Source of the DNA: an uncultured Rhodospirillaceae bacterium
GTDB lineage: Bacteria; Pseudomonadota; Alphaproteobacteria; UBA9219
Direction: 5' to 3'
Length of the DNA stretch: 64,000 nt
Assembly (NCBI GenBank): GCA_964517415.1
Contig: CAZFCA010000001.1
Span: forward strand, 54,969 to 118,968
Under the pieces are notes generated by a model. It was not told where the DNA came from, did no database searches, and worked only from the letters and a program-made list of their open reading frames with translations. Every line of letters begins with the position of its first letter. Positions within the stretch are counted from its first letter, which is position 1. This document shows positions 50,228 through 59,350 of this stretch, piece by piece. The translations under genes were made by a program, and so were the position numbers.

Positions 50228-52048
50228 TCACTCCACCGTTACGCTTTTCGCCAGATTGCGCGGTTGGTCGACATCTGTTCCTTTGGCGACGGCGATATAA
50301 TAGGCGAGAAGCTGCACGGGCAGGGCATAGAGAATAGGCGCGACGGCCGAGTCGACCAAAGGCATCTCGATGCTGCGGAAAACCTTGGCGCCGACGCTTT
50401 CAATGCCCTTTTTGTCCGAGAATAATACCACTTTGCCCCCGCGTGCGGCCACTTCTTGGATATTGGAGGCGGTTTTCTCATAAAGCGCGTCGCTGGGCGC
50501 GAGGAAGACGACCGGCATGGCCTCGTCGATCAAAGCGATGGGGCCATGCTTCATTTCACCCGCCGGATAGCCTTCGGCATGGATGTACGAGATTTCCTTC
50601 AGTTTCAGCGCGCCTTCCATCGCCAGCGGATAAAGCAATCCGCGGCCGAGATAGAGAACGTCGCGCGCGTCGCTCATATTCTGCGCGAGTTCCTGAAAAC
50701 GGTTTTCGGCGCGCAGGACGAAATCGATTGCAGCAGGAAGGTCGCGCAAAGATTGCAAGATTTCAGCGATGCGCGAAGGGGGCAGGGCGCCGCGCTCTTG
50801 CGCCGCCGATAAAACAAGGCAAAGCAAGACCGCAAGCTGCGTCGTAAAGGCTTTCGTCGAGGCGACGCCTATTTCCGGACCCGCAAGCGTCGGTATCACG
50901 ACATGCGAAGCGCGGGCAATGGAGCTTTGCGGGACGTTGACGATTGATAGTATATTCTGCCCCATCGATTTCGCGTAATGCAGCGCCGCCAGCGTGTCCG
51001 CCGTCTCTCCCGATTGGGAAACGACAATCGTCAAGCCGCCATCGGGCATGGGCGCTTCGCGATAGCGGAATTCCGACGCGATATCGACTTCCACGGAAAG
51101 CCGCGCAAGCTGTTCGAACCAATACTTGGCAACAAGGCCGGTATATGAAGCCGTGCCGCACGCGATGATGGTGACGCGCGAAATTTCTTTCCATTTAAAG
51201 GGCATTTTAGGCAAATTCATCCTCCCGTCCGGCGCGACAAGAGACGCGAACGTATCGGCAATGACGGCGGGCTGCTGGAAAATCTCTTTCAGCATATAAT
51301 GGCGATAGCCGCCTTTGCCGATGGTATCGGCCGAAAGACCGGTTTGATGGATTTTGCGCTCGACGATTTTGTCCGAAGCGTCGTGAATGATAATTTTATC
51401 GGGATAGATTTCCGCCCAATCGCCTTCTTCCAAATATGCAATGCGGTTCGTCAGCGGCGCAAGCGCCATGGCATCGGATCCAAGGTACATTTCCCCTTCG
51501 CCGTATCCAAGCGCGAGCGGACTGCCGCGCCTTGCGCCGATGATCAAATCACCGTGCCCTTGAAACAAAATCCCCAAGGCGAAGGCGCCCTCAAGGCGTT
51601 TAAGAGCCTTGGCCGTCGCCTGTTGGGGCGTCAGGCCTTCGCGCAAATTGACGCTGATAAGATGAGAAATCGTTTCCGTATCGGTTTCCGAAGCGAACGC
51701 GCAGCCTCGGGCTTCAAGCTCGGCGCGAAGCTCGCGGTGATTTTCGATAATGCCGTTGTGCACGACGGCGACGCAATCCGTCGCATGCGGATGGGCGTTC
51801 GTTTCGTTAGGCTTGCCGTGCGTCGCCCAGCGGGTATGCCCGATGCCGATAGTGCCGGAAAGCGGCGTTCCGTTCAGGCGAGAAGCGAGGCGGTCCAATT
51901 TGCCCTCGGCGCGGCAAAGGCTGATGTCGCCATTCACAAGCGTCGCAATACCGGCGCTGTCGTAGCCCCTGTATTCCAGCCGCGTTAAACCGTCCAAAAG
52001 AATTGGCGCGACGGCCCGCGCCCCCACCATACCGACAATGCCACACAT
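50228..52048 (-). CDS. glmS: Glutamine--fructose-6-phosphate aminotransferase GlmS
   Basis: MCGIVG N-terminal nucleophile and two SIS domains. 606 aa. Confidence 0.95.
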   Translation of the reverse strand: MCGIVGMVGARAVAPILLDGLTRLEYRGYDSAGIATLVNGDISLCRAEGKLDRLASRLNGTPLSGTIGIGHTRWATHGKPNETNAHPHATDCVAVVHNGIIENHRELRAELEARGCAFASETDTETISHLISVNLREGLTPQQATAKALKRLEGAFALGILFQGHGDLIIGARRGSPLALGYGEGEMYLGSDAMALAPLTNRIAYLEEGDWAEIYPDKIIIHDASDKIVERKIHQTGLSADTIGKGGYRHYMLKEIFQQPAVIADTFASLVAPDGRMNLPKMPFKWKEISRVTIIACGTASYTGLVAKYWFEQLARLSVEVDIASEFRYREAPMPDGGLTIVVSQSGETADTLAALHYAKSMGQNILSIVNVPQSSIARASHVVIPTLAGPEIGVASTKAFTTQLAVLLCLVLSAAQERGALPPSRIAEILQSLRDLPAAIDFVLRAENRFQELAQNMSDARDVLYLGRGLLYPLAMEGALKLKEISYIHAEGYPAGEMKHGPIALIDEAMPVVFLAPSDALYEKTASNIQEVAARGGKVVLFSDKKGIESVGAKVFRSIEMPLVDSAVAPILYALPVQLLAYYIAVAKGTDVDQPRNLAKSVTVE

Positions 52049-52201
52049 TAGAATGCTGCTCCTTTAAGCCATGCCTTTGCCTTGGACTGTAGCGGGACTT
52101 TAGATCATGAATTTGATAATGGACAATATAGGGTTGAGGCGGCTTTGGCGAAGATTCAATTTTAGCGACTGGATGTTACCAGATCGCTACCCTCTTGAAT
52201 C

Positions 52202-52276
52202 TGGTGCCGTTGGAGGGATTTGAACCCCCGACCTTGGCTTTACGAAAGCCCTGCTCTACCTCTGAGCTACAACGGC
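52202..52276 (-). tRNA. tRNA-Thr (anticodon CGT)
   Basis: Manual fold: acceptor GCCGTTG/CAACGGC, D-arm GCTC..GAGC, anticodon loop TTCGTAA, T-arm GGGGG-TTCAAAT-CCCTC, discriminator A, encoded CCA. Confidence 0.8.
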
Positions 52277-52320
52277 GATAATACAAATCAAGCGTCGAAA
52301 CGCTCATGCATAGCAAATTA

Positions 52321-52555
52321 AGTTCAGCAAGCGACAGGCTCCTCGCAACCGCTCGTGACCCAAGGAGTCATTTCATTGGGTCGTTGGTATTATACCTAAC
52401 AACCAATGAATGTATCCACGCCGCGTGACTTCACTCCTGTCACTTGCTAAGCTGAGCCTTTGATATCCATAGCATATTCAGCTCAGCAAGTGACAGGCTC
52501 GTGACCTAAGCAGGTCATTTCATCGGCCGATTGGTATTAAAGGCTTAGGGCGTTA
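52321..52555. repeat. Two about 70-bp direct repeats (52321-52398 and 52478-52555) plus an inverted copy (52437-52462) between tRNA-Thr and the GT2 gene
   Basis: TCAGCAAG(C/T)GACAGGCTC...GTCATTTCAT(T/C)GG..GATTGGTATTA in both copies. The inverted copy is CTCCTGTCACTTGCTAAGCTGAGC. Confidence 0.6.
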
Positions 52556-52593
52556 ACGTCAACTTCATTATGGAAACAAGCGTCCAAACTTGA

Positions 52594-53556
52594 TCATTCC
52601 CCCGAATTATTAAGCGGCGCGGGAATGTTAAGATAACGCATGCGCTTCATTTCCTGCCGCCCGCGTGTAACCGTATCTAAAATCAACCCGCAGGTGAGGC
52701 ACAGAAAGGCGACGATCATGAGCCCCATCGACAAAACGGCCGTCGGCAAGCGGGGGACAAGGCCGGTATTCAGGAATTCGATAAGAATGGGGATGATCAG
52801 GACAGAGGAAAAGAAGGCGAACAAAGCGGCGCAAGCCGAAAAAAACTGCATCGGTCTTTCTTCCTTCACGAGGACGACGATAGTCCACAAAATCCTGAAG
52901 CCGTCCTTAAAAGTGTTGAGCTTGCTGATGGAGCCTTCAGGACGATCTTTGTAGGGCGTCGGGACCTCGCTGATGGGCATGCGCAGTTCAAGGGCGTGAA
53001 CCGTCAGTTCCGTTTCCGTCTCGAAACCCGCCGAAAGCGCGGGAAAACTTTTGACATAGCGGCGCGACAGAACACGATAGCCCGAAAGCATGTCGGATAG
53101 ACGGCTTCCGAAAATCCACGAAACCATGCTGGTAAGCAGCCAATTGCCGAAGCGGTGCCCCAAGCGGTAGGCTTCCTTGATGTTGGTGACGCGCGCGCCG
53201 TTCACCATATCGAGCGACTCGCGCCGCAGGAGGTTGATCATTTTCTGAGCCGAGGGCGCGTCGTAGGTCGCGTCCCCGTCTACGAGAACATAAACGTCGG
53301 CTTCGATGTCGGCGAACATGCGGCGCACGACGTTGCCTTTGCCTTGCAAAGGCTCCTGACGCACGATTGCGCCCGCTTGCCGAGCCACGGCGACAGTGCG
53401 GTCTTTGGAGTTGTTGTCGTAAACATAGATTTTCGCGCCCGGCAAAGCGGCTCGAAAATCGGCGATAACGGATGCGATGGCGGCTTCTTCGTTATAGCAG
53501 GGGATAAGAACGGCCGTTCTGGGCATGGGCTGACCTATAGCTTGGATGCTGGGCAC
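52594..53556 (-). CDS. GT2 polyprenyl-phosphate glycosyltransferase (GtrB/ArnC-like) with two C-terminal TM helices
   Basis: VLIPCYNEE, YDNNSKD and VDGDATY motifs. 320 aa with C-terminal TM pair. Confidence 0.75.
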   Translation of the reverse strand: MPSIQAIGQPMPRTAVLIPCYNEEAAIASVIADFRAALPGAKIYVYDNNSKDRTVAVARQAGAIVRQEPLQGKGNVVRRMFADIEADVYVLVDGDATYDAPSAQKMINLLRRESLDMVNGARVTNIKEAYRLGHRFGNWLLTSMVSWIFGSRLSDMLSGYRVLSRRYVKSFPALSAGFETETELTVHALELRMPISEVPTPYKDRPEGSISKLNTFKDGFRILWTIVVLVKEERPMQFFSACAALFAFFSSVLIIPILIEFLNTGLVPRLPTAVLSMGLMIVAFLCLTCGLILDTVTRGRQEMKRMRYLNIPAPLNNSGE

Positions 53557-55178
53557 AGGCTTAAGGATTTATCATCAAAAAGCCTGTCCGTCACGCTTTG
53601 GCAGCCTTTGGTGTCCAATTTAAGGCCGAAATGGGACAAAGCCTCGTCACCGACGCCCAGTTGCCACGAGGGGATAAGCATCATAAAGCGGCCTTGCGCG
53701 GCTTTTTGCGCCTCCACGCGCTCGCGCAAAAGCCTATTGATTCCCTTGTTTTGTTCAGGGCTGGAGAAGTTGCTTTGTATGCGCACAAAGCGGATTTCAG
53801 GCGGAAACAGGGGGACAAGGTGGGAATAAGGCTCGAAACCGGCCATAAGGATCATAAGATTGGATGTATCGCCCAGCGGCGGAATTTGCGCCTGCACGAA
53901 GGGCCCGTCGAGCCATGCATAGCGCCGATACCAATTGCCGGGCTTAACGGAGCCCGCGATAAGAATAAGGATGAAGCAGATGATCAGGCGGCGTTCGACA
54001 TTTTTGATGGGCGCAAGGCCAATGGCAAGGACGATGAGCAAAGGCGCGATCATTTCCAGCGTCACGGCATAGCGATAGATGGAAAACATGGCGAGCCAAA
54101 CGATATAGGCGAGCGCAAACGCAAAAAGGAGATAGCGCGCGCCGTAGGGAACCGCCAGCGCGTCTTCGGCTTTCTTATTCCGGCCATAGGCAATGCGTAA
54201 AAGGGCGCAGAGGGGAAGCAAAACGTATAGTATTGTAAGCCGCCAGTCGCGCCATTCGATCTCGCCGACGCGATAGGGGCTATCGGCGAAAAGGAAGGGC
54301 ATAAGGACATAATCGCTTAGGCTATGCGGCGCGTATTGGATGTCGCGCGCGCTAGCATGCGGCGCAAGATCGGATTTAAAGATATTATTAAAGTAGGGGA
54401 ATAGCGGGCTTCCGAAGTTGGCTTGAAGGAAAGCCGCCCAATAACCCAAGGTCGTCGCGCACCCGATAAGGACTCCAAGGCCGAAGGCGAAGCTCAGCAA
54501 AAAGCCGCGCTTCCATCCGCCGCCGCAGAAAAGCAGCGCGCCGCAAAGCCCGACGGCAAAGACAACAGCGGGAAGTTTCAGGCCGAACATGATGCCCGAA
54601 GGCAAACCGAAAAGAAGGGCGAGGATGAAAGCGGTTTTCGCTTTATCCTTTTGAAGTTTGCCAAGATACCGCACGATAAGCGCGGCGGACAAAAACGTCC
54701 CGAGGCTTGTCATATTATCCCCGAAAGTCGTGCCGATTTGCGCGATGCCGCCTCCGCCCAGCATGCCTAAAGCGGCCAAAGCGGCGCAAACAAAGACTTT
54801 CTGCCGCTTGTTCGGGATAATCAGAACGGCATGCGCAATCATGAAAAGCAGGATGAAATTGAACCCCTGAACGAAACCCAGCGCGAAGCCCGCCGCTCTT
54901 GCCGGAACATGCATCGCCAGAAGATAGAAAGGCACGTCCATCAGGGGATTGTAGAAGTATGGCGTTTGCGACGGCAAAAGGTCGATGCCGTAGCGGTTCG
55001 TCAAAAACGCATAGGCGTTATAAAAATGGTAATTGCGCAAATCCCAGTTCGCGTCCTGCCCCAGATAGAGGGCGAGCAAGCCGAAGGCCACGGGCGCGAG
55101 GCATAAAAGGGCAATCGCCAAGCCACGCGAACGGTGGTTTTTGGGGGGGAGGAAAGGCAGGGAGAGCGTGTGGTTCAT
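53535..55178 (-). CDS. Polytopic GT-C-fold membrane glycosyltransferase (ArnT/Gtr-type/DUF2029-like)
   Basis: 547 aa, at least 11 predicted TM helices, overlaps the downstream GT2 gene by 22 bp. Confidence 0.5.
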   Translation of the reverse strand: MNHTLSLPFLPPKNHRSRGLAIALLCLAPVAFGLLALYLGQDANWDLRNYHFYNAYAFLTNRYGIDLLPSQTPYFYNPLMDVPFYLLAMHVPARAAGFALGFVQGFNFILLFMIAHAVLIIPNKRQKVFVCAALAALGMLGGGGIAQIGTTFGDNMTSLGTFLSAALIVRYLGKLQKDKAKTAFILALLFGLPSGIMFGLKLPAVVFAVGLCGALLFCGGGWKRGFLLSFAFGLGVLIGCATTLGYWAAFLQANFGSPLFPYFNNIFKSDLAPHASARDIQYAPHSLSDYVLMPFLFADSPYRVGEIEWRDWRLTILYVLLPLCALLRIAYGRNKKAEDALAVPYGARYLLFAFALAYIVWLAMFSIYRYAVTLEMIAPLLIVLAIGLAPIKNVERRLIICFILILIAGSVKPGNWYRRYAWLDGPFVQAQIPPLGDTSNLMILMAGFEPYSHLVPLFPPEIRFVRIQSNFSSPEQNKGINRLLRERVEAQKAAQGRFMMLIPSWQLGVGDEALSHFGLKLDTKGCQSVTDRLFDDKSLSLCPASKL

Positions 55179-55232
55179 GGGCAGAAAGTCTTATCGCATT
55201 CAGGCGCGGGAGTCATTAATAGAAAAAAGATG

Positions 55233-55257
55233 GATCCCCGCATTCGCGGGGATGACG
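55233..55257. repeat. REP unit GGATCCCCGCATTCGCGGGGATGACG
   Basis: Direct read. Confidence 0.7.
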
Positions 55258-55309
55258 CAAATATTGTTCCTAAATCTTGAATCCAAAATCCAGAATGCCG
55301 AATCCAGCT

Positions 55310-56023
55310 TTACTTTACATTCGTGCCGGAAAGCAAAGGCGGGGCGGAAAGGGAGGAGCCTGCCCCTTGGCCGGACATTTCAATCGCCGGACTGGAAGAG
55401 GAAACGGACGGCGACACAGGCGCGACCGGCGCGGCGTTGACGGATGCGTCCACGATCATGCTGCTCATGTGCTGTTTGATGCCCGAGTCCAAATGTTCGC
55501 CCAAATCTTTCATCAGGCCGTTCAGCATCGCGTAATAGGCTTCCTGCTTTTCGAGGCTCGTGGGATTTTCGGGCAGGGTCAAGACGCGCGTCGCATCCGC
55601 GCTCGCCATGGCATAGCCTTCGCGCCCGCTGGCCTCGATAGAAACCTCGGCGTGGCCGATGTACTTCACGCCTTGATGGCGCGTCAAAAGGTCGTCAAAA
55701 AAACCGTCCTTTTTGACGGATATGGGCTGCGCGACGAGCGAAGCGTCTTTGATAAGGACAATGGCGTTGCCCGTTTGTCCGGCGGCTTGCAAGCGGTCGA
55801 CCGCCCACTGCTTGATGGCCTCGGCAATCGTCGGGCTGAAGCTGTTTGCCTTAAAGACAGAACTCGTTTGCGCGCCGCTGCGGTCGGCCAGCGAGACGGT
55901 TTTCACATCAAGCGCGATTTTCGGCAGCCTCGGCTTTTCCGTGGAGGCGATAGGGGGCGGCGCGTCGCCCGCGCAGGCAGCAAGCAAAAGCGCAAAACTA
56001 AAAGCGGCGACGGCGTTCTTAAT
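55310..56023 (-). CDS. Lipoprotein (start at MIKNAVAAFSFALLLAAC), Ser/Ala/Pro-rich C-terminus
   Basis: Lipobox LAAC. The ORF track extends to 56179, but the signal peptide starts at the internal Met. Confidence 0.45.
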   Translation of the reverse strand: MKNAVAAFSFALLLAACAGDAPPPIASTEKPRLPKIALDVKTVSLADRSGAQTSSVFKANSFSPTIAEAIKQWAVDRLQAAGQTGNAIVLIKDASLVAQPISVKKDGFFDDLLTRHQGVKYIGHAEVSIEASGREGYAMASADATRVLTLPENPTSLEKQEAYYAMLNGLMKDLGEHLDSGIKQHMSSMIVDASVNAAPVAPVSPSVSSSSPAIEMSGQGAGSSLSAPPLLSGTNVK

Positions 56024-56620
56024 CATCAAAAAGGCTCCTAAATTCATGAAAGGGGCGGCATGTGTATGGTTAATCCGGATACTAAAGGCGACTTTTGAAA
56101 AGGAAAGAAGAAATGTGCCCATAAGAATAATTTTAATCTTGTTGGTGCGAAAGGAGTGAAATATTTTGTCGGGATGCATTTATGGAGTTTTTTTATGCGA
56201 TTTTCAGACCTAAAGGATAGCGTTTCGACGCTTTCTTTATGCGCAAAGACAATGCCGGAAAAGACCTTGCTGTCAGGATTATGGGTTGCTACGGCTCTCT
56301 TTTTGGCCGGAAGGGCGGGCGTTGCCATGGCTTCTGGGGATTATGCGCCTATGGCACTTTCTCTGTTGGGGACTGTTGTTGTTGTTCCGATAGCCGAAAG
56401 GCAGATCCAGACGATCCGAAGGACGCCCCTTTATATGACTGAACCTGCCTGATACGAGGCAATCTCCCGCTAAAAAGCATTGCATTAACTATATTAGGGT
56501 GAAAAACCGTGAAAAAGCTCAGAAAAAGGGCTTTTAGCAATATTTTTTTAATTATGCAGGAACCGTTTTTTAAGGTATTTCCGTTAGATAGATTAGATTG
56601 CTTATTCATTGGTTGATGGA

Positions 56621-59149
56621 ATGTATATCGGCATTGATCTTGGCACATCGAACAGCGCGATAGCTGGCATCGTCGGCGGCAAGGCGCGTGTTTTTCACCC
56701 CGCCGAAGGCGGCGAGGTTTTGCCTTCCCTCATCTATTTCGACAAGCGGGGGCATCGCCTTTATGGGCGGCGCGCGCACGATCAAGCCCTTGTCTCGCCC
56801 GAAAACGTCGCGGCGGGATTCAAGCGATTGATGGGCACGTCGACTCCGATTGAAGTGAAAGGGGTCGAGCAAACGTTGACGCCGGAAGAATGCTCGGCGG
56901 AGATTATCCGCCAGCTTGTGGGACAGGCGACCACCGAAATAGGCGGCGAGAAGATCGAAGGCGCCGTCATCACCATTCCCGCGTCGTTCAATCAGATGCA
57001 GTCCGAGGCCACGCTGCGCGCCGCGAAACTGGCAGGGCTGGAACGCGTCGATCTTTTGCAGGAGCCCATCGCGGCCGCGTTGGCCGCTATGGAGGGATCG
57101 AAACGCTCCGGCTATTTCATCATTTACGATTTCGGCGGCGGCACGTTCGACGCGGCTATTGCTCAAGCAACGAATGGGGATGTGAAGATTATCGCGCATC
57201 AGGGCATCAATATGCTGGGCGGCCGAGATTTCGACCGCATGATCGTGAACGAGATCGTGCGCCCATGGCTGGCCGAAACTTTCGATTTGCCGGAAAATTT
57301 CCACCGCGATCCCAATTATCGCCGCTTGATACGCCTTGCGCAATTGGCGGCCGAAAAGGCCAAGATTGAATTATCCTCGAAGGAGGACGCCTCGATTTTC
57401 GCGTCCGACGAGGAACTGCGCATCGTTGACCAGAACGAGATGGAGATGTATCTGGACGTTTCTTTGACGCGCGCGCGCTTCGAGGAATTGATCCGCGACC
57501 CGATCATGCAGACGATCAGTCTTGTGCGCGATCTTTTGACGGAGAACAACATTGGCCTCGAAGAGGTAGACCGCATCGTTTTCGTCGGCGGGCCGAGCCG
57601 CACGCCATTGATCAGGCAAATGGTGTCGCAGGAACTCGGCATCGCGGCCGATATGAAAACGGATTCTTTGACCGCCGTCGCCGTCGGAGCGGCTTATTAT
57701 TGCGAAGGCCGCGAGTGGGACGGCGAAAATATCAGCAAGCCGAAGCCCAAGGAGGCCGAAGCGACAGTGCCGCAGGAGTCCCGTGTTTCCTACGCCTATA
57801 CCGCCCGCACACCCGCCGAAAAAACGGTGGTGACTTTACGTGTCGAGGGCGAAGCGCCAAAGGATCGGCATGTCAAAATTACAGGCAATAATTGGGATTC
57901 CGGCGTTTTGCCCTTAACCGACAGCCTGACGATACTCGTGCCGCTTCCCGAAGCCGGAGATCATCGTTTTGTCGCCCATGTGCTGGACGCCAAGGGGGAG
58001 GTTTTGGCCCAGCATGATCAGGCTTTGACGATCACGCGGCTTGTGGCCACGGCAGGGAGCATCCCCGCCGCTCAGACCGTCGCCGTCAAGGCTCTGGCCC
58101 ATGCCCAGGCGCAGGAAAATGTCTTAACACCGCTCGTAAAAAAAGGCGATACGCTACCCGCGAAAGGTTCTGTTAAATTCGCCAGCGCGCGCACCCTTAA
58201 GGCGGGGCAGGCCGGGCATGTGAGCTTCGAGTTGTTTCAGGTCGAATATCCGGAACGCATAGACTTGAATCTTTGCGTCGGCGTTTTCCGCGTCGGCGGC
58301 GAGGACTTGCCGGAAGAATTCGCGCTTGTTGAAGGCGCTGAGCTTGTTTTCGATTGGCAGATGAGCGACGGCGGCATTCTTCAAGCCACCGTATCAATCA
58401 GCATGGACGGCAAGACCCTTGAGCTTAAGGCGCCGCGTTTTTACGCGCCGCAAGCCGGGCAACTTTCATTCGCAGGCGAGGAGGGCGCGCAATTCGCCAC
58501 GGCGATCTTGCGGCAGGGGGACGAGGAATGGGGCGATCTGGCCGCGGCCGTCGGCCCCGATGGCGGACCCGAATTGCAACTTCTTAAGATGCGCCTTCAG
58601 GAACAAAACGAATTGATGCAGGAATCTTCGGGCGATGCGGAAGTTTTGCGCCGCGTTTCCGAGGAAGCCCGTTTCGTGCGCCAGGATATCGCGAGGCTCG
58701 GCAAAAAACATCGGGCGGCCTTGTTGCAGAGGCGACTTGGCAAAATGGCGGCCGTTTATAACCGCATCGTGCGCAAATCCGCCGGCAAAAGCGAAAACGA
58801 GCGTTTCGATAACCACGCGCGTAAAGTTCAAGAGATTATCGACGCCGGAAAGCCCGCGGCATTGGACGATGCCGATTTGCATTTATCCGAGATGCGCGAT
58901 GTTTTCTTCGCCGTGGCCTGGCGCGATCGCGATTATGTTTCGACTTGGTTCAAGCGTCTGGCGGGCGAGCCTTTCCTTTTTCCCGATCAGGACGAATTCA
59001 AGCGGATGGTGAAGGAAGGCATGGCGCTTGATCCTGCGCGCGATGCCGACGCGCTTCGCGAACTTGTTCGGCGCATGCTGTCCGCGCGCATCGCCCTAGG
59101 CGCCAGCGACACCGCCAATGAATTGGCGACCATCGTGAAGGCGAAGTAA
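56621..59149 (+). CDS. Non-canonical Hsp70-family protein (about 842 aa): actin-like NBD, about 90-aa insertion, SBD-beta-like segment, long helical C-terminus
   Basis: IGIDLGTSNSAIA, IYDFGGGTFDAAI and VGGPSRTPLIRQMV Hsp70 motifs. VFDWQMSDGGILQATVSISMDGKT resembles SBD-beta. No dnaJ or grpE nearby. Confidence 0.65.
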   Translation: MYIGIDLGTSNSAIAGIVGGKARVFHPAEGGEVLPSLIYFDKRGHRLYGRRAHDQALVSPENVAAGFKRLMGTSTPIEVKGVEQTLTPEECSAEIIRQLVGQATTEIGGEKIEGAVITIPASFNQMQSEATLRAAKLAGLERVDLLQEPIAAALAAMEGSKRSGYFIIYDFGGGTFDAAIAQATNGDVKIIAHQGINMLGGRDFDRMIVNEIVRPWLAETFDLPENFHRDPNYRRLIRLAQLAAEKAKIELSSKEDASIFASDEELRIVDQNEMEMYLDVSLTRARFEELIRDPIMQTISLVRDLLTENNIGLEEVDRIVFVGGPSRTPLIRQMVSQELGIAADMKTDSLTAVAVGAAYYCEGREWDGENISKPKPKEAEATVPQESRVSYAYTARTPAEKTVVTLRVEGEAPKDRHVKITGNNWDSGVLPLTDSLTILVPLPEAGDHRFVAHVLDAKGEVLAQHDQALTITRLVATAGSIPAAQTVAVKALAHAQAQENVLTPLVKKGDTLPAKGSVKFASARTLKAGQAGHVSFELFQVEYPERIDLNLCVGVFRVGGEDLPEEFALVEGAELVFDWQMSDGGILQATVSISMDGKTLELKAPRFYAPQAGQLSFAGEEGAQFATAILRQGDEEWGDLAAAVGPDGGPELQLLKMRLQEQNELMQESSGDAEVLRRVSEEARFVRQDIARLGKKHRAALLQRRLGKMAAVYNRIVRKSAGKSENERFDNHARKVQEIIDAGKPAALDDADLHLSEMRDVFFAVAWRDRDYVSTWFKRLAGEPFLFPDQDEFKRMVKEGMALDPARDADALRELVRRMLSARIALGASDTANELATIVKAK

Positions 59150-59243
59150 TAACGACGTTCGGGATTCGGGGAAGGAATAATCCGCGCTGGCATTTTTTGT
59201 TTTCAACGCAGCCTAGATTCCGGACAAATTTGCTTCGCAAATT

Positions 59244-59316
59244 TTCCGGAATGACAGCTTTTATATATATATCTATCTACTGGCACAATCGGCGGGGTTC
59301 CGGAATGACAGCTTTT
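59244..59316. repeat. Direct repeat TTCCGGAATGACAGCTTTT x2 (59244-59262, 59298-59316)
   Basis: Direct read, downstream of the glnA stop. Confidence 0.6.
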
Positions 59317-59350
59317 CCTCTTCTGAATCCCCAGCCCCTAACCACAGCCC

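Noticed and set aside
56200-56620. Looked for a sigma32 promoter upstream of the Hsp70-like gene
   Set aside because: No CTTGAAA...CCCCATNT-like match. The gene is probably not a classical heat-shock gene.
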